Shown one piece after another: positions 29,287-38,780 of a stretch of 56,116 nt of DNA (position 1 is the first letter of the stretch; every line of letters begins with the position of its first letter). The position numbers and the translations under genes are program-made. Origin of the DNA: Alphaproteobacteria bacterium (lineage in GTDB: Bacteria > Pseudomonadota > Alphaproteobacteria > SMXQ01); assembly GCA_036396355.1 (NCBI GenBank), contig DASWKZ010000255.1, positions 1 to 56,116 of the forward strand, written 5' to 3'. The notes beneath the pieces were generated by a model. That model searched no databases. It saw only the letters and a program-made list of their open reading frames with translations, and was not told the DNA's origin.

Positions 29287-30024
29287 ATGTTCGACCTTGG
29301 CGGTAAGAGGGCACTCGTCACGGGCGCAAGCGGCGGAATCGGCGGCGCGATCGCCCGCGCCTTGCATGGCGCGGGAGCCGAGGTCGCTTTGTCGGGGACA
29401 AGGAGCGAGGCACTTTCCGCTCTTACCGCCGAGTTGGGTGGCCGGGTGCACAGCGTGCCGGCGGATCTGGGGTCGTCCGATGGTGCGGAGACCCTCGTGC
29501 GTGAGGCGAGTTCCGCAATGGGCGGCATCGATATCCTCATCAACAACGCGGGGCTGACCCGCGATGCATTGGCCGTTCGGATGAAGGACGATGACTGGCA
29601 GCGGGTATTGGATATCAACCTGACGGCTGCTTTCAAGCTGATGCGAGCGGCGCTGAAGAATATGATGAAGGCGCGGTGGGGCCGAATCGTCTCCATTTCC
29701 TCGGTGGTGGGGGTGACGGGAAACGCGGGCCAGGCAAATTACGCCGCCTCCAAGGCCGGGTTGATTGCATTGACGAAGTCGCTGGCCCTTGAGGTTGCGG
29801 GTCGCGGCATCACGGTCAACTGCATCGCGCCCGGGTTTATCACGACCGCCATGACGGACGCGCTCAAGGAGGATGTGCGCGAGCGCTTGTTGTCCGCTAT
29901 TCCGACCGGCCGATTCGGCACGCCGGCCGATGTCGCCGCCGCGACCCTCTATCTTGCCAGTGAAGAGGCGTCCTACGTCACCGGTCAGACCCTGCACGTC
30001 AACGGTGGAATGGCCATGGTGTAG
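29287..30024 (+). CDS. fabG: 3-oxoacyl-ACP reductase
   Basis: [30 protein letters not shown], and the C-terminus [13 protein letters not shown]. The upstream part of the ORF (29152-29286) overlaps fabD. Confidence 0.95.
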   Translation: MFDLGGKRALVTGASGGIGGAIARALHGAGAEVALSGTRSEALSALTAELGGRVHSVPADLGSSDGAETLVREASSAMGGIDILINNAGLTRDALAVRMKDDDWQRVLDINLTAAFKLMRAALKNMMKARWGRIVSISSVVGVTGNAGQANYAASKAGLIALTKSLALEVAGRGITVNCIAPGFITTAMTDALKEDVRERLLSAIPTGRFGTPADVAAATLYLASEEASYVTGQTLHVNGGMAMV

Positions 30025-30211
30025 GGGCGGATTTGTCGATTTTTCGGAGCCCTTTCGAGGCGTCCGGGGAGGCTGGCCAAGGCTGAAAAAGTGTGTTACC
30101 AACGGGCACTTTCGCCCGTCCGGGGAGGGCCGGGCGGAGACGTGCCGAATGGGCGCGGGACAAACCGGCGGCATTCCTGACGGGATCATAAATCCGAGGA
30201 AAGAGACAACA

Positions 30212-30445
30212 ATGAGCGATATTGCTGAACGCGTGACCAAGATCGTCGTCGAGCACTTGGGTGTCGACGAGAGCAAGGTCACGGAAAATGCTAGCTTTAT
30301 TGACGATCTTGGTGCCGACAGCCTGGATACCGTCGAGCTGGTAATGGCTTTCGAGGAGGAGTTCGGCTGCGAGATTCCCGACGACGCAGCCGAGAAGATC
30401 CTCACTGTCAAGGATGCCATCGCATATATCGAGGCAAACTCCTGA
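30212..30445 (+). CDS. acpP: Acyl carrier protein
   Basis: [14 protein letters not shown]......[23 protein letters not shown] (phosphopantetheine Ser within DSLD). The upstream ORF extension is not protein-like. Confidence 0.95.
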   Translation: MSDIAERVTKIVVEHLGVDESKVTENASFIDDLGADSLDTVELVMAFEEEFGCEIPDDAAEKILTVKDAIAYIEANS

Positions 30446-30501
30446 GCCCCGGCAGCGGGCGTCAATTCCTTCCGGCATAGAGGGCCACGGTCCTACGCGC
30501 C

Positions 30502-31764
30502 ATGAGACGTGTCGTCGTTACCGGCCTCGGCCTCGTTTCGCCCTTGGGGTGTGGGGTGGAGCCAACGTGGTCGCGGCTCATCGGTGGCGAATCGGGCATT
30601 CGTGCAATCCAGACGTTTGACGTTTCGGACCTGCCGTGCAAGATCGCCGGCCAGGTTCCGCGCGGCGAGACCGCCGATGGGAAGTTCAATCCGGACGACT
30701 GGGTCGAACCGAAGGAACAGCGCAAAATGGATCCGTTCATCGTTTTCGCGATGGCGGCGGCGATCCAGGCTGTGGAGGATGCGGGATGGAAGCCAGATGA
30801 TCCCGCGGCACTCGACCGGACGGGCGTGATGATTGGATCGGGAATCGGGGGGCTTCAGTCCATCTCTGAGGCGGCCATCACGCTTCTCGAGCGTGGGACA
30901 CGGCGTATCAGCCCGTTCTTCATACCGTCGGCCCTGATCAACCTGGCCTCGGGTCATGTGTCCATCAGATACGGGTTCCGCGGACCCAACCATTCGGTGG
31001 TCACCGCCTGCGCGACGGGGGCTCATGCCATTGGCGATGCTGCCCGAATGATCGAGATGGATGATGCCGACGTGATGATTGCGGGCGGCACGGAAGCAGC
31101 GGTCTGCCGATTGGGGCTCGCCGGGTTTTCGGCGGCGCGAGCGCTGTCGACCGGCTTCAACGATACGCCGGAACGGGCGTCTCGACCTTGGGATAGGGAT
31201 CGGGACGGATTCGTGATGGGAGAGGGGGCCGGCGTCGTCGTACTCGAAGAGTATGAACACGCGAAGCAGCGCGGGGCCAGGGCGTATGCCGAGATCATCG
31301 GCTACGGCATGTCGGGAGACGCCCATCACGTTACCGCGCCCGCGCCTGACGGCGACGGCGGCTATCGTGCCATGACGGCGGCTCTGCGGCGCGCGCATAT
31401 CGCGGTCGAAGAGATCGACTACGTGAACGCACACGGCACGTCGACCCCGTTGGGCGATGAGATCGAGCTCGGAGCCGTGAAACGGCTGTTCGGGGATCAC
31501 GCCTACAAGATCTGCATGTCCTCGACGAAGTCGGCGATCGGTCATCTCCTCGGCGCGGCCGGCAGTGTCGAGGCCATCTTCTCGGTGCTCGCCATTCGCG
31601 ATGGCATCATTCCACCTACCCTCAATCTTGAAAACCCATCCGAGGGGTGCGACATCGATCTCGTGCCGCACCGAGCAAGGGAGAGGAAACTGCGCGCCGC
31701 GCTCTCCAATTCTTTCGGATTCGGCGGGACCAACGCCTCCCTCGTGTTTTCCGCCGTCAGCTGA
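30502..31764 (+). CDS. fabF: 3-oxoacyl-ACP synthase II
   Basis: RRVVVTG.G.VSPLG, the active-site ACATG (Cys), HGTSTP.GD, and GFGG.NASL.F. Confidence 0.95.
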   Translation: MRRVVVTGLGLVSPLGCGVEPTWSRLIGGESGIRAIQTFDVSDLPCKIAGQVPRGETADGKFNPDDWVEPKEQRKMDPFIVFAMAAAIQAVEDAGWKPDDPAALDRTGVMIGSGIGGLQSISEAAITLLERGTRRISPFFIPSALINLASGHVSIRYGFRGPNHSVVTACATGAHAIGDAARMIEMDDADVMIAGGTEAAVCRLGLAGFSAARALSTGFNDTPERASRPWDRDRDGFVMGEGAGVVVLEEYEHAKQRGARAYAEIIGYGMSGDAHHVTAPAPDGDGGYRAMTAALRRAHIAVEEIDYVNAHGTSTPLGDEIELGAVKRLFGDHAYKICMSSTKSAIGHLLGAAGSVEAIFSVLAIRDGIIPPTLNLENPSEGCDIDLVPHRARERKLRAALSNSFGFGGTNASLVFSAVS

Positions 31765-31771
31765 GGTTGCG

Positions 31772-32830
31772 ATGACAGGCATGGCCCGCTGGCTTGCCAT
31801 CGCGGCCGCGGTTTCCCTAGTCGCCGGCGTGATGGCGCTGCTGGCGCTCTTTTCCGCGTTCAATGCGGCGGGTCCCCTGACCGGGAAGGTCAGTGTCGTC
31901 ATCCCCAAGGGGGTGGGAGTGAACGGGATCGCCGTGGAACTCAGAGATCGAGGCGTGATCCGATCCGCGCTCATTTTCGAGCTGGGAGTGCGGCTCACCG
32001 GAAACCAGGGACGTCTCAGGGCGGGAGAGTATGAATTTCCGGGAGGCGCGAGCGCGAGCGGGGCGATGGCGATCCTGTTGTCGGGGAGAACCGTCGTGCA
32101 CAAGGTGACGATACCGGAGGGCCTGACCTCCGCCCAAGCGGTGCGGTTGGTGGCAGAGGCCCGTGGGCTCGATGGTCCCGTCGGGGCGCCCCCTGCGGAA
32201 GGCATGCTGTTGCCCGATACCTACCACTTTAGCCATGGCGACAGTCGGGTCGAGCTCATGGCCCGCATGCAGCGAGCGATGGAGGCGGAAATCGACCGGT
32301 TGTGGCTCGATCGAGCGCCCGATCTCCCCCTGAATTCGCCCCGGGACGCCGTGATCCTCGCCTCGATCGTCGAGAAGGAGACGGCTCGTGCAGCGGAACG
32401 ACCCCTGATCGCCGGCGTCTTCTACAATCGCATGCGCCGCGGCATGGCGCTGCAGTCCGATCCGACGGTCGCCTACGGGGTGGCCCTCGCGGAGGGCCGG
32501 CCCGGACGCGTCCTCGATCGAGCCCTCACGCGCCAGGACCTCGAATCGCCGGGACCATACAATACGTATCTCAATCGCGGCCTGCCACCCACACCTATTG
32601 CAAACCCCGGGCGCGCCTCGCTTACTGCGGTCCTTCATCCTGGTCAGACCGAAGCCCTCTATTTCGTCGCCGACGGTAGGGGAGGGCACGTGTTCGCCCG
32701 TACGCTCGCGGAGCATAATCGCAACGTTCGCCGTTGGCGGCGGCTCCGTGATGATGCCATTTCGCCCCGCCAGTCGGACACACCCAAGCCCCTGAGAAAC
32801 GGCATCCGGAAGGTACCGGAGATGCCCTGA
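31772..32830 (+). CDS. mltG: Endolytic murein transglycosylase MltG (YceG-like)
   Basis: N-terminal TM anchor, L...GVI.S...F, LASIVEKET, NTY...GLPP.PI.NPG..SL.A.L.P. Follows fabF, as in other proteobacteria. Confidence 0.85.
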   Translation: MTGMARWLAIAAAVSLVAGVMALLALFSAFNAAGPLTGKVSVVIPKGVGVNGIAVELRDRGVIRSALIFELGVRLTGNQGRLRAGEYEFPGGASASGAMAILLSGRTVVHKVTIPEGLTSAQAVRLVAEARGLDGPVGAPPAEGMLLPDTYHFSHGDSRVELMARMQRAMEAEIDRLWLDRAPDLPLNSPRDAVILASIVEKETARAAERPLIAGVFYNRMRRGMALQSDPTVAYGVALAEGRPGRVLDRALTRQDLESPGPYNTYLNRGLPPTPIANPGRASLTAVLHPGQTEALYFVADGRGGHVFARTLAEHNRNVRRWRRLRDDAISPRQSDTPKPLRNGIRKVPEMP

Positions 32831-32846
32831 GGGTCTGCTGCCGCCG

Positions 32847-33668
32847 CTAGATGGCGGGTTTCCTGGGCAGGCGCGCGAGAATGGGATCGGTGAGACCCGG
32901 GGGTAGGGCGGCGACGGTCCAGACGAGAGCGTACAGGGGCCACGGAAAGGCGATACGGCTCCGATCGGCCGCCAACCCCCGCCGGATGATGGCGGCGGCA
33001 CGCTCGGCGGTGAGCAGGAACGGCATCGGGTAGGGATTGCTCGCGGTCAAGGGGGTCTTGACGAAGCCTGGGCAGATCACCGAGACGCGAATGCCGGCGC
33101 GACCAGCAATGCCGCGCAGTCCTTCGCCCAGGGAGCGCACCGCCGCCTTGCTTGCCGCATAGGCAGGCGCGCCGGGGAGGCCGCGAAATCCTGCGAGGGA
33201 ACTCATCAATGCGATCTGGCCGCGAGGTCCGCCGCCGGGGGCGGCAATCCCTCGCATCGCCTCCATCGCCGGAATCAACGTGTTGATCGCTCCGCCCACG
33301 TTCACGGCGAATATCCGTTCGATTTGCTCGCGGGGCTCGCTTTCCGACGCACCGGTGCCTCCTCGTTTTTCTCGGCGACCCGTACCGCCCGAGATCCCGG
33401 CGCTCGCGATCACGAGGTCAATGGGCCCCACGGCAAATGCCTGCGTCACCCACGCGGTCATGCCCTGCCGGTCGGTGACATCCTGTTCTCGAATGTGTGC
33501 CGTGGCGCCGCGGGCGGAACAGGCCGCCCCCACCTCCGCGAGGCGGGCAGGATTGCGGCCGCCGAGATGCAGTGTTATCCCTTGAGCGGCGTAGCACCGG
33601 GCGAGCGCCGCGCCGATTCCGGATGAGGCCCCGGTGATGAGGATGCTCTTGGGGTGATGCAGATTCAT
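32847..33668 (-). CDS. SDR-family oxidoreductase
   Basis: ILITGASSGIG, ASAG, and YAASKAA (YxxxK). Confidence 0.8.
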   Translation of the reverse strand: MNLHHPKSILITGASSGIGAALARCYAAQGITLHLGGRNPARLAEVGAACSARGATAHIREQDVTDRQGMTAWVTQAFAVGPIDLVIASAGISGGTGRREKRGGTGASESEPREQIERIFAVNVGGAINTLIPAMEAMRGIAAPGGGPRGQIALMSSLAGFRGLPGAPAYAASKAAVRSLGEGLRGIAGRAGIRVSVICPGFVKTPLTASNPYPMPFLLTAERAAAIIRRGLAADRSRIAFPWPLYALVWTVAALPPGLTDPILARLPRKPAI

Positions 33669-33742
33669 TGGTGCCTGCCGCGGTCATTGGTTGGGCAAGG
33701 CCACGGTCCGGCGATGCATCCGATGGGAAGGCCATTCATGGC

Positions 33743-33771
33743 TTGTTGCCCTGCATTCCCCAGGATATAGT
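33743..33771 (+). promoter_or_regulatory. Candidate promoter for yicC-gmk: TTGTTG-N17-TATAGT
   Basis: It sits in a locally AT-richer patch (ccaggatatagtagccattcgttttttgag), 47 nt upstream of the yicC GTG. Confidence 0.3.
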
Positions 33772-33817
33772 AGCCATTCGTTTTTTGAGCACAATACCTC
33801 GGTGACTAGAGGGGGCC

Positions 33818-34705
33818 GTGCCGATCGCCAGCATGACGGGATTCGCGCGGGGGGAAGGCGAATTCAAAGAGTATTCATGGCGCTGGGAAGTGCGAAGCGT
33901 CAATAACCGCGGCCTCGACCTTCGCGTGCGGATGCCTCCGGGGATGGAGGCATTCGAGATCGCGGTGCGGGACCAGGCAGCCAAGCGGTTCAGGCGCGGC
34001 AGCTTCAGTATCTCTCTCAATCTTACGCGCTCACCTGGGCTTTCGGGTTATCGCTTGAACGAGAGATTGCTTGAGCGCGCCATTTCTATCGCCGAAGCGG
34101 TGCGTGCCCGCACCGGTTCCCCACCGCCCCAGGTGGACGGCCTGTTACGCCTGCGGGGGGTACTGGAACCGGAGGAACCGGAAGACAGCGACGAGGAACG
34201 TGCCGCCCGTGAGGTGGCCATGATCGAAAGCCTTGGGCGGACGCTTGATGCCGTCGCCCGTGCCCGGATCGAGGAAGGTGCTCACCTTCAAGGGGCGCTT
34301 CTGGGCCTGATTTCGGAGATCGCGGCCCTCACGGGCCGTGCCCGGACCCTTGCGAGTCTCCAGCCCGAGGCAATCCGCGCCCGCGTCACCGCGCAGATTG
34401 CCGAGCTCCTCGCCCAAGCGCCTTCCATGGCCGAGGAGCGCCTTGCCCAGGAGGTTGCCCTTCTTGTCGGCAAGGCAGATGTGCGCGAGGAGATCGATCG
34501 GTTGGACGCCCACGTCGTCCAGGCGCGGGAAATCGTCGAGGAGGGGGGGAGCATTGGACGGCGGCTCGACTTTCTCGCGCAGGAGCTCAATCGCGAGGCC
34601 AATACCCTGTGCTCCAAGGCACAGGATATCGAGTTGACGCGCATCGGGCTCGCTCTCAAGGCCGCGATCGAGCAGTTCCGGGAGCAGGTCCAAAATATCG
34701 AATAG
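33818..34705 (+). CDS. yicC: YicC/YloC-family protein
   Basis: SMTGFAR......Y.W.WE.RSVN.RGLD...R.P near the N-terminus, and the C-terminal motif EEIDRL..H......REANT..SKA......IG..LK..IEQ.REQVQN.E. GTG start with GAGGGGG upstream. Confidence 0.85.
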   Translation: MPIASMTGFARGEGEFKEYSWRWEVRSVNNRGLDLRVRMPPGMEAFEIAVRDQAAKRFRRGSFSISLNLTRSPGLSGYRLNERLLERAISIAEAVRARTGSPPPQVDGLLRLRGVLEPEEPEDSDEERAAREVAMIESLGRTLDAVARARIEEGAHLQGALLGLISEIAALTGRARTLASLQPEAIRARVTAQIAELLAQAPSMAEERLAQEVALLVGKADVREEIDRLDAHVVQAREIVEEGGSIGRRLDFLAQELNREANTLCSKAQDIELTRIGLALKAAIEQFREQVQNIE

Positions 34706-34715
34706 GGGAGACGGG

Positions 34716-35381
34716 GTGGCACGCCGATCTCGTGGCGAGGTAATCGATGGCGTCGGGATTCGCCGACGAGGGCTGATGCTGGTGTTGTCTTCGCCGTCCG
34801 GAGCCGGAAAGACGACGATCTCGCGGCTTCTACTGGATCAGGACGAAAACCTCGAGATGTCGGTTTCGGTCACCACCCGGCCGAAGCGGCCGGGCGAAGT
34901 GGAGGGCATCGACTACCGATTCGTCGATCCCACGGATTTCAATCTCATGGTCAACCGGGGCGAGTTTCTTGAGCATGCCAAGGTGTTCGGGCATTACTAC
35001 GGCACCCCCAGAAGGACTGTGGAGGCGGCGCTCGCCGAAGGTCGCGACGTGTTGTTCGACATCGATTGGCAGGGCACGCAGCAGCTTGTCGAGAATGCGC
35101 GTGGTGACGTCGTTACCGTCTTCATCCTGCCGCCCTCCACGCTGGAACTGGAACGCCGCCTCAGGAGCCGCGCCCAGGATCCGCCGGACGTGGTGGCAAG
35201 CCGGATGGCAAGGGCGGCTGATGAGATGAGCCATTATCGGGAGTATGATTACATTGTCGTCAATCGCGATATCGAAGAAAGCGTCGGGTCCGTTCGTGCG
35301 GTGCTCGCCGCCGAACGGTTGAAGCGTGATCGCCTCGTGGGTCTCGGGGATTTCGTGAAGTCGCTGCGCGAGGGCCGTTAG
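34716..35381 (+). CDS. gmk: Guanylate kinase
   Basis: L.LSSPSGAGKTT, S.TTR..R.GE..G.DY.FV, FLE.A.V.G..YGT, and DI.WQG. Confidence 0.9.
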   Translation: MARRSRGEVIDGVGIRRRGLMLVLSSPSGAGKTTISRLLLDQDENLEMSVSVTTRPKRPGEVEGIDYRFVDPTDFNLMVNRGEFLEHAKVFGHYYGTPRRTVEAALAEGRDVLFDIDWQGTQQLVENARGDVVTVFILPPSTLELERRLRSRAQDPPDVVASRMARAADEMSHYREYDYIVVNRDIEESVGSVRAVLAAERLKRDRLVGLGDFVKSLREGR

Positions 35382-35432
35382 CGAACCCCTTCCGCGTTTG
35401 TATCTCACGAAGAATCCCCACACGTCGACCGG

Positions 35433-36347
35433 TCACCGCTGTGCCTGCCGGGCCTTATCCGCGGCAAGGGCACGAGCGAGGGCGGCAAACGCGGGGACCG
35501 TCAATTCCTCGGCCCGAGCCGTCGGGGCAAGCCCGGCCGCGGCGATGAGCGGCTCCGTCGGTGCTCCCGGAGTGGCGGCCCTGAGGCTCGTGCGTAACAT
35601 CTTGCGCCGCTGCCCAAAGGCGGCGCGTGTGACCTCTTCGAACTCTGCCCACGGAGCGGGCGCAAGGGGGATGGGGCGCGGCGTCATGCGGACGACGGTG
35701 GAGGTGACCCTGGGCGGAGGCGTGAAGGCGCGCGGGCTAATCTCGAAGCAAGGTTCCACCTCAGTCAGCCACTGGCATAGGACCGAAAGACGTCCATACG
35801 CCTTGGTACGAGGCCGGGCAAACAGGCGCTCGGCGACCTCTTTCTGAAGGGTCACGACCAGTCGCTCATAAAGCTGGGGACTGGCCGCGATCTGGCGCAT
35901 CCACTTGACCAGGAGGACAGTCGCAACGTTATACGGCAGGTTGGAGATAAGCATGATCCCTTGAAGGGGGACACCGACTTGAGTGAGGAGTTCGGGCTCG
36001 TGAACCTCCAATGCATCGGCCTCGACGAGGACGAGTCGGCCGCGTGCGGCTTCCTCTAGCGACGCCAAAGCCCCGCGACATCGTAGATCCTTCTCAATGG
36101 CGATGACTCGGCGGGCGCCGGCACGGAGAATCGCGCGAGTAAGCCCGCCGGGTCCTGGTCCAACCTCGATAACGGTCCTTTCTTCAAGCCGCCCCGCGAT
36201 TCGCGCGATTCTTGCCGTGAGATTGAGGTCAAGGAGGAAATGCTGTCCAAGGCCCTTGCGGGCGGCTAGTCGGTGGGCCGCGATCAGTTCGCGGAGCGGC
36301 GGCAGCGAAGCGATGTCCGTGCTGTCCTCAGGCAACGGTGCGGCCAT
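35433..36347 (-). CDS. rsmA: 16S rRNA (adenine1518/1519-N6)-dimethyltransferase RsmA/KsgA
   Basis: K.LGQHFL.D.N....I, the SAM motif EVGPGPGGLT, and NLPYN. I prefer the ATG at 36347 over the TTG at 36386. Either start overlaps the end of pdxA. Confidence 0.9.
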   Translation of the reverse strand: MAAPLPEDSTDIASLPPLRELIAAHRLAARKGLGQHFLLDLNLTARIARIAGRLEERTVIEVGPGPGGLTRAILRAGARRVIAIEKDLRCRGALASLEEAARGRLVLVEADALEVHEPELLTQVGVPLQGIMLISNLPYNVATVLLVKWMRQIAASPQLYERLVVTLQKEVAERLFARPRTKAYGRLSVLCQWLTEVEPCFEISPRAFTPPPRVTSTVVRMTPRPIPLAPAPWAEFEEVTRAAFGQRRKMLRTSLRAATPGAPTEPLIAAAGLAPTARAEELTVPAFAALARALAADKARQAQR

Positions 36348-37362
36348 CGTGGACGCGTGCGCGATTGGCGGCAATGGTGCATGCAAGCCTCAGGGCGGAC
36401 ACCAGGCTCGATTCGTTCGCAACGCCCTTGCCCGCAATCTCCAGTGCGGTACCGTGATCCGGCGAGGTGCGGACGATGGGAAGCCCCAGCGTGACATCCA
36501 CGCCGTGTTCGAAATCGAGCGTCTTGAGTGGGATCAAGGCTTGGTCGTGGTACATGCAGACAGCGGCGTCGTAGCCGGCTCGTGCGTGAACCTCGAAGAG
36601 ACTGTCTGCGGGCACCGGTCCGGAGACGTCGATTCCTTCGGCGCGAAGAGACGCGACGGCAGGAGCGATAACATCGATGTCCTCGCGGCCGAGCAGGCCA
36701 CCCTCTCCGGCATGGGGATTGAGTCCGGCAATTACCAGGCGCGGGTGCGGAATTGCGAAGTCGCTGATGAGCGCGGCGGTCGCGACGCGGCCCGCATGGG
36801 TAATGGCTTCCGTGGATAGGCTGGAGATTGCCTCTCGAAGGGGCAGGTGGACGGTCACCGGTACGACCCGCAACCCCGGGCAAGCGAGCATCATTACGGG
36901 CTTGGCGGTACCGGTGAGCTCTCCGAGATACTCCGTATGCCCGGGGTGGGAAAAACCCGCTCGCAACAAGACTTCTTTGTTGATGGGATTGGTAACCATG
37001 GCAGCGGCCTCTCCTGAACGAACCGCATCGACGGCCCTACGGATCGAGGCAAGCACTGTCGCGGTGTTGGCGGGATCGGGCCTGCCCGGGGTCACTCTCC
37101 GTTCGAGCGGTAGGGGCAGCACCGGCAAGGCCGCACCGAACGTAGCCAGGGTCTCGCCGGGACACGCGATCGGATGCACCGGCACCTCAACCCTCAATCC
37201 GACGGCGATGTCGGCAAGACGAGAAGGATCATCGATCACATAGAACGGCGGCACGCCGTTCATGGATCGCCCCAGCCAGGCCTTGAGGGTGATCTCCGCC
37301 GAAATGCCGGCGGGCTCGCCCATGGTGAGAGCAAGCGGCTTCCAGTTGGTTTGCCCAGTCAT
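36328..37362 (-). CDS. pdxA: 4-hydroxythreonine-4-phosphate dehydrogenase
   Basis: LALTMGEPAGI..E, PGHTE.L, NPHAGE.G..G.EE, MYHDQ.L.P.K, and RTS.DHGTA..IAG.G.A. Confidence 0.9.
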   Translation of the reverse strand: MTGQTNWKPLALTMGEPAGISAEITLKAWLGRSMNGVPPFYVIDDPSRLADIAVGLRVEVPVHPIACPGETLATFGAALPVLPLPLERRVTPGRPDPANTATVLASIRRAVDAVRSGEAAAMVTNPINKEVLLRAGFSHPGHTEYLGELTGTAKPVMMLACPGLRVVPVTVHLPLREAISSLSTEAITHAGRVATAALISDFAIPHPRLVIAGLNPHAGEGGLLGREDIDVIAPAVASLRAEGIDVSGPVPADSLFEVHARAGYDAAVCMYHDQALIPLKTLDFEHGVDVTLGLPIVRTSPDHGTALEIAGKGVANESSLVSALRLACTIAANRARVHDGRTVA

Positions 37363-38705
37363 GTGCGGATGTCCAGGAACGCAGATTCGCGGAGATCCCG
37401 GAGATGGCGCCTGGCTCGCATTTCCAGGCGCTGGACCACAAGGTTGCGGCGTACCTGCTCATGGCTGGGAATGTTCGCCTTGGGCTCTTCCCGGTTACAC
37501 ACCATGAGCAGGCGCAGACCCTCCGGAGTCTGAACCGGGCGGGAGGGCATGCCGACCTCGAGGTTTCCCACGGTCGATCGCAAATCCTCCGGAAGTTCGT
37601 CGAGCTTGATGATGCCGAGGTCTCCCAATACATCGCTGCTCAATTCCTTCGCGACACTGGTGAAGTCCTCACAGCCTCGCACTGTTGCTCGGATTGTCTT
37701 CGCCAACTCGTGCTGGCTTGCTTCATCCGCCGCGGCGGTACCCGAGGGAAGCGGAATAACGATCTGACGCAGAGAGAGCAGGGTCTTGCCCGTCTGTGCC
37801 GCGGGGGCTTGTCTGCGGTCACGGATCAACATGATGTAGTAGCCCGATGCCGTGCGGATTGGCTCGGTGACGGTGCGCGCAGGCATGTTAAGCAGGATAT
37901 TGCCTACTTCCGGCTCGAGCTCACCGGGCTGGACCCACCCCAAATCCCCGCCGTTTTGAGCAGAGGAGCTCTCGGAAAACTGGAACGCCAGCAACGGGAA
38001 GCTTGCTCCACGCTTGATCTCTTCAAAAATGCGCATGGCATTGCTTCGAGCCGCAGGCTCCTCACTCGGGGAATCCACCGCGATGAATATCTCCGCAAGA
38101 AGGAGCCGCGGTTTGTCGGCATTCTCCTTTATGCGCTCGAGTGCAACCTCCACTTCCGCGTCGGTAACATTGATCGTCCTTGCGAAGAGTCGGCGTACCA
38201 CCTGGGACCAGGCCAGATTCGCTCTGACCTGATGATCGAGGGTGCGCCGATCGATGCCGCGCGACTTGAGAAAATCCGGGAGCCGTCCCGGTGGAAGATT
38301 GTTCTGACGTTCGATCACTCCCAATGCAGCGTCCAGATCCTTCTCGGGTACGGTGATTCCAAGTCGCTTCGCCTCCTGCAGCTGAAGTGCCTCCTCGACC
38401 AGAGAATTGAGAACTCGTGGCGCAAGGCGTTGCCGGGCCTCTTGGGTATCCGCGAGATTGGAGGAACGAATGATGAGATTGAGGCGCTGCTCGAGATCAT
38501 AGGCGGAGATCGCCTCGTCATTGACTACCGCGACGATGCCCACGACTTGCTGCGCGAATGCCCGAGCGGTGAGTCCCACAGGTTCCGAGAGGTAGACGGT
38601 GGACAACAGAAGAACCACCGCGACATGCCAAGAGATGTTCGGGCGTCCAGCGCGTGCGCCGTAATCGAATTTGGCATCCAGGGTACGGTGAAACAATGAC
38701 ATCAC
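37359..38705 (-). CDS. surA: Periplasmic chaperone / PPIase SurA
   Basis: Signal peptide, SurA N-domain (IVAVVNDE.IS..DL), and a parvulin domain (GGDLGW). Located in the lptD-surA-pdxA-rsmA cluster, with a 4-nt overlap with pdxA. Confidence 0.85.
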   Translation of the reverse strand: MMSLFHRTLDAKFDYGARAGRPNISWHVAVVLLLSTVYLSEPVGLTARAFAQQVVGIVAVVNDEAISAYDLEQRLNLIIRSSNLADTQEARQRLAPRVLNSLVEEALQLQEAKRLGITVPEKDLDAALGVIERQNNLPPGRLPDFLKSRGIDRRTLDHQVRANLAWSQVVRRLFARTINVTDAEVEVALERIKENADKPRLLLAEIFIAVDSPSEEPAARSNAMRIFEEIKRGASFPLLAFQFSESSSAQNGGDLGWVQPGELEPEVGNILLNMPARTVTEPIRTASGYYIMLIRDRRQAPAAQTGKTLLSLRQIVIPLPSGTAAADEASQHELAKTIRATVRGCEDFTSVAKELSSDVLGDLGIIKLDELPEDLRSTVGNLEVGMPSRPVQTPEGLRLLMVCNREEPKANIPSHEQVRRNLVVQRLEMRARRHLRDLRESAFLDIRT

Positions 38706-38780
38706 CCGGGGACTCCATTTGCCTCGCCTGTCCTCCAGACGGGGCCGCTCGCGAAGGATACAGGCGTGAGCGCCTTCAGT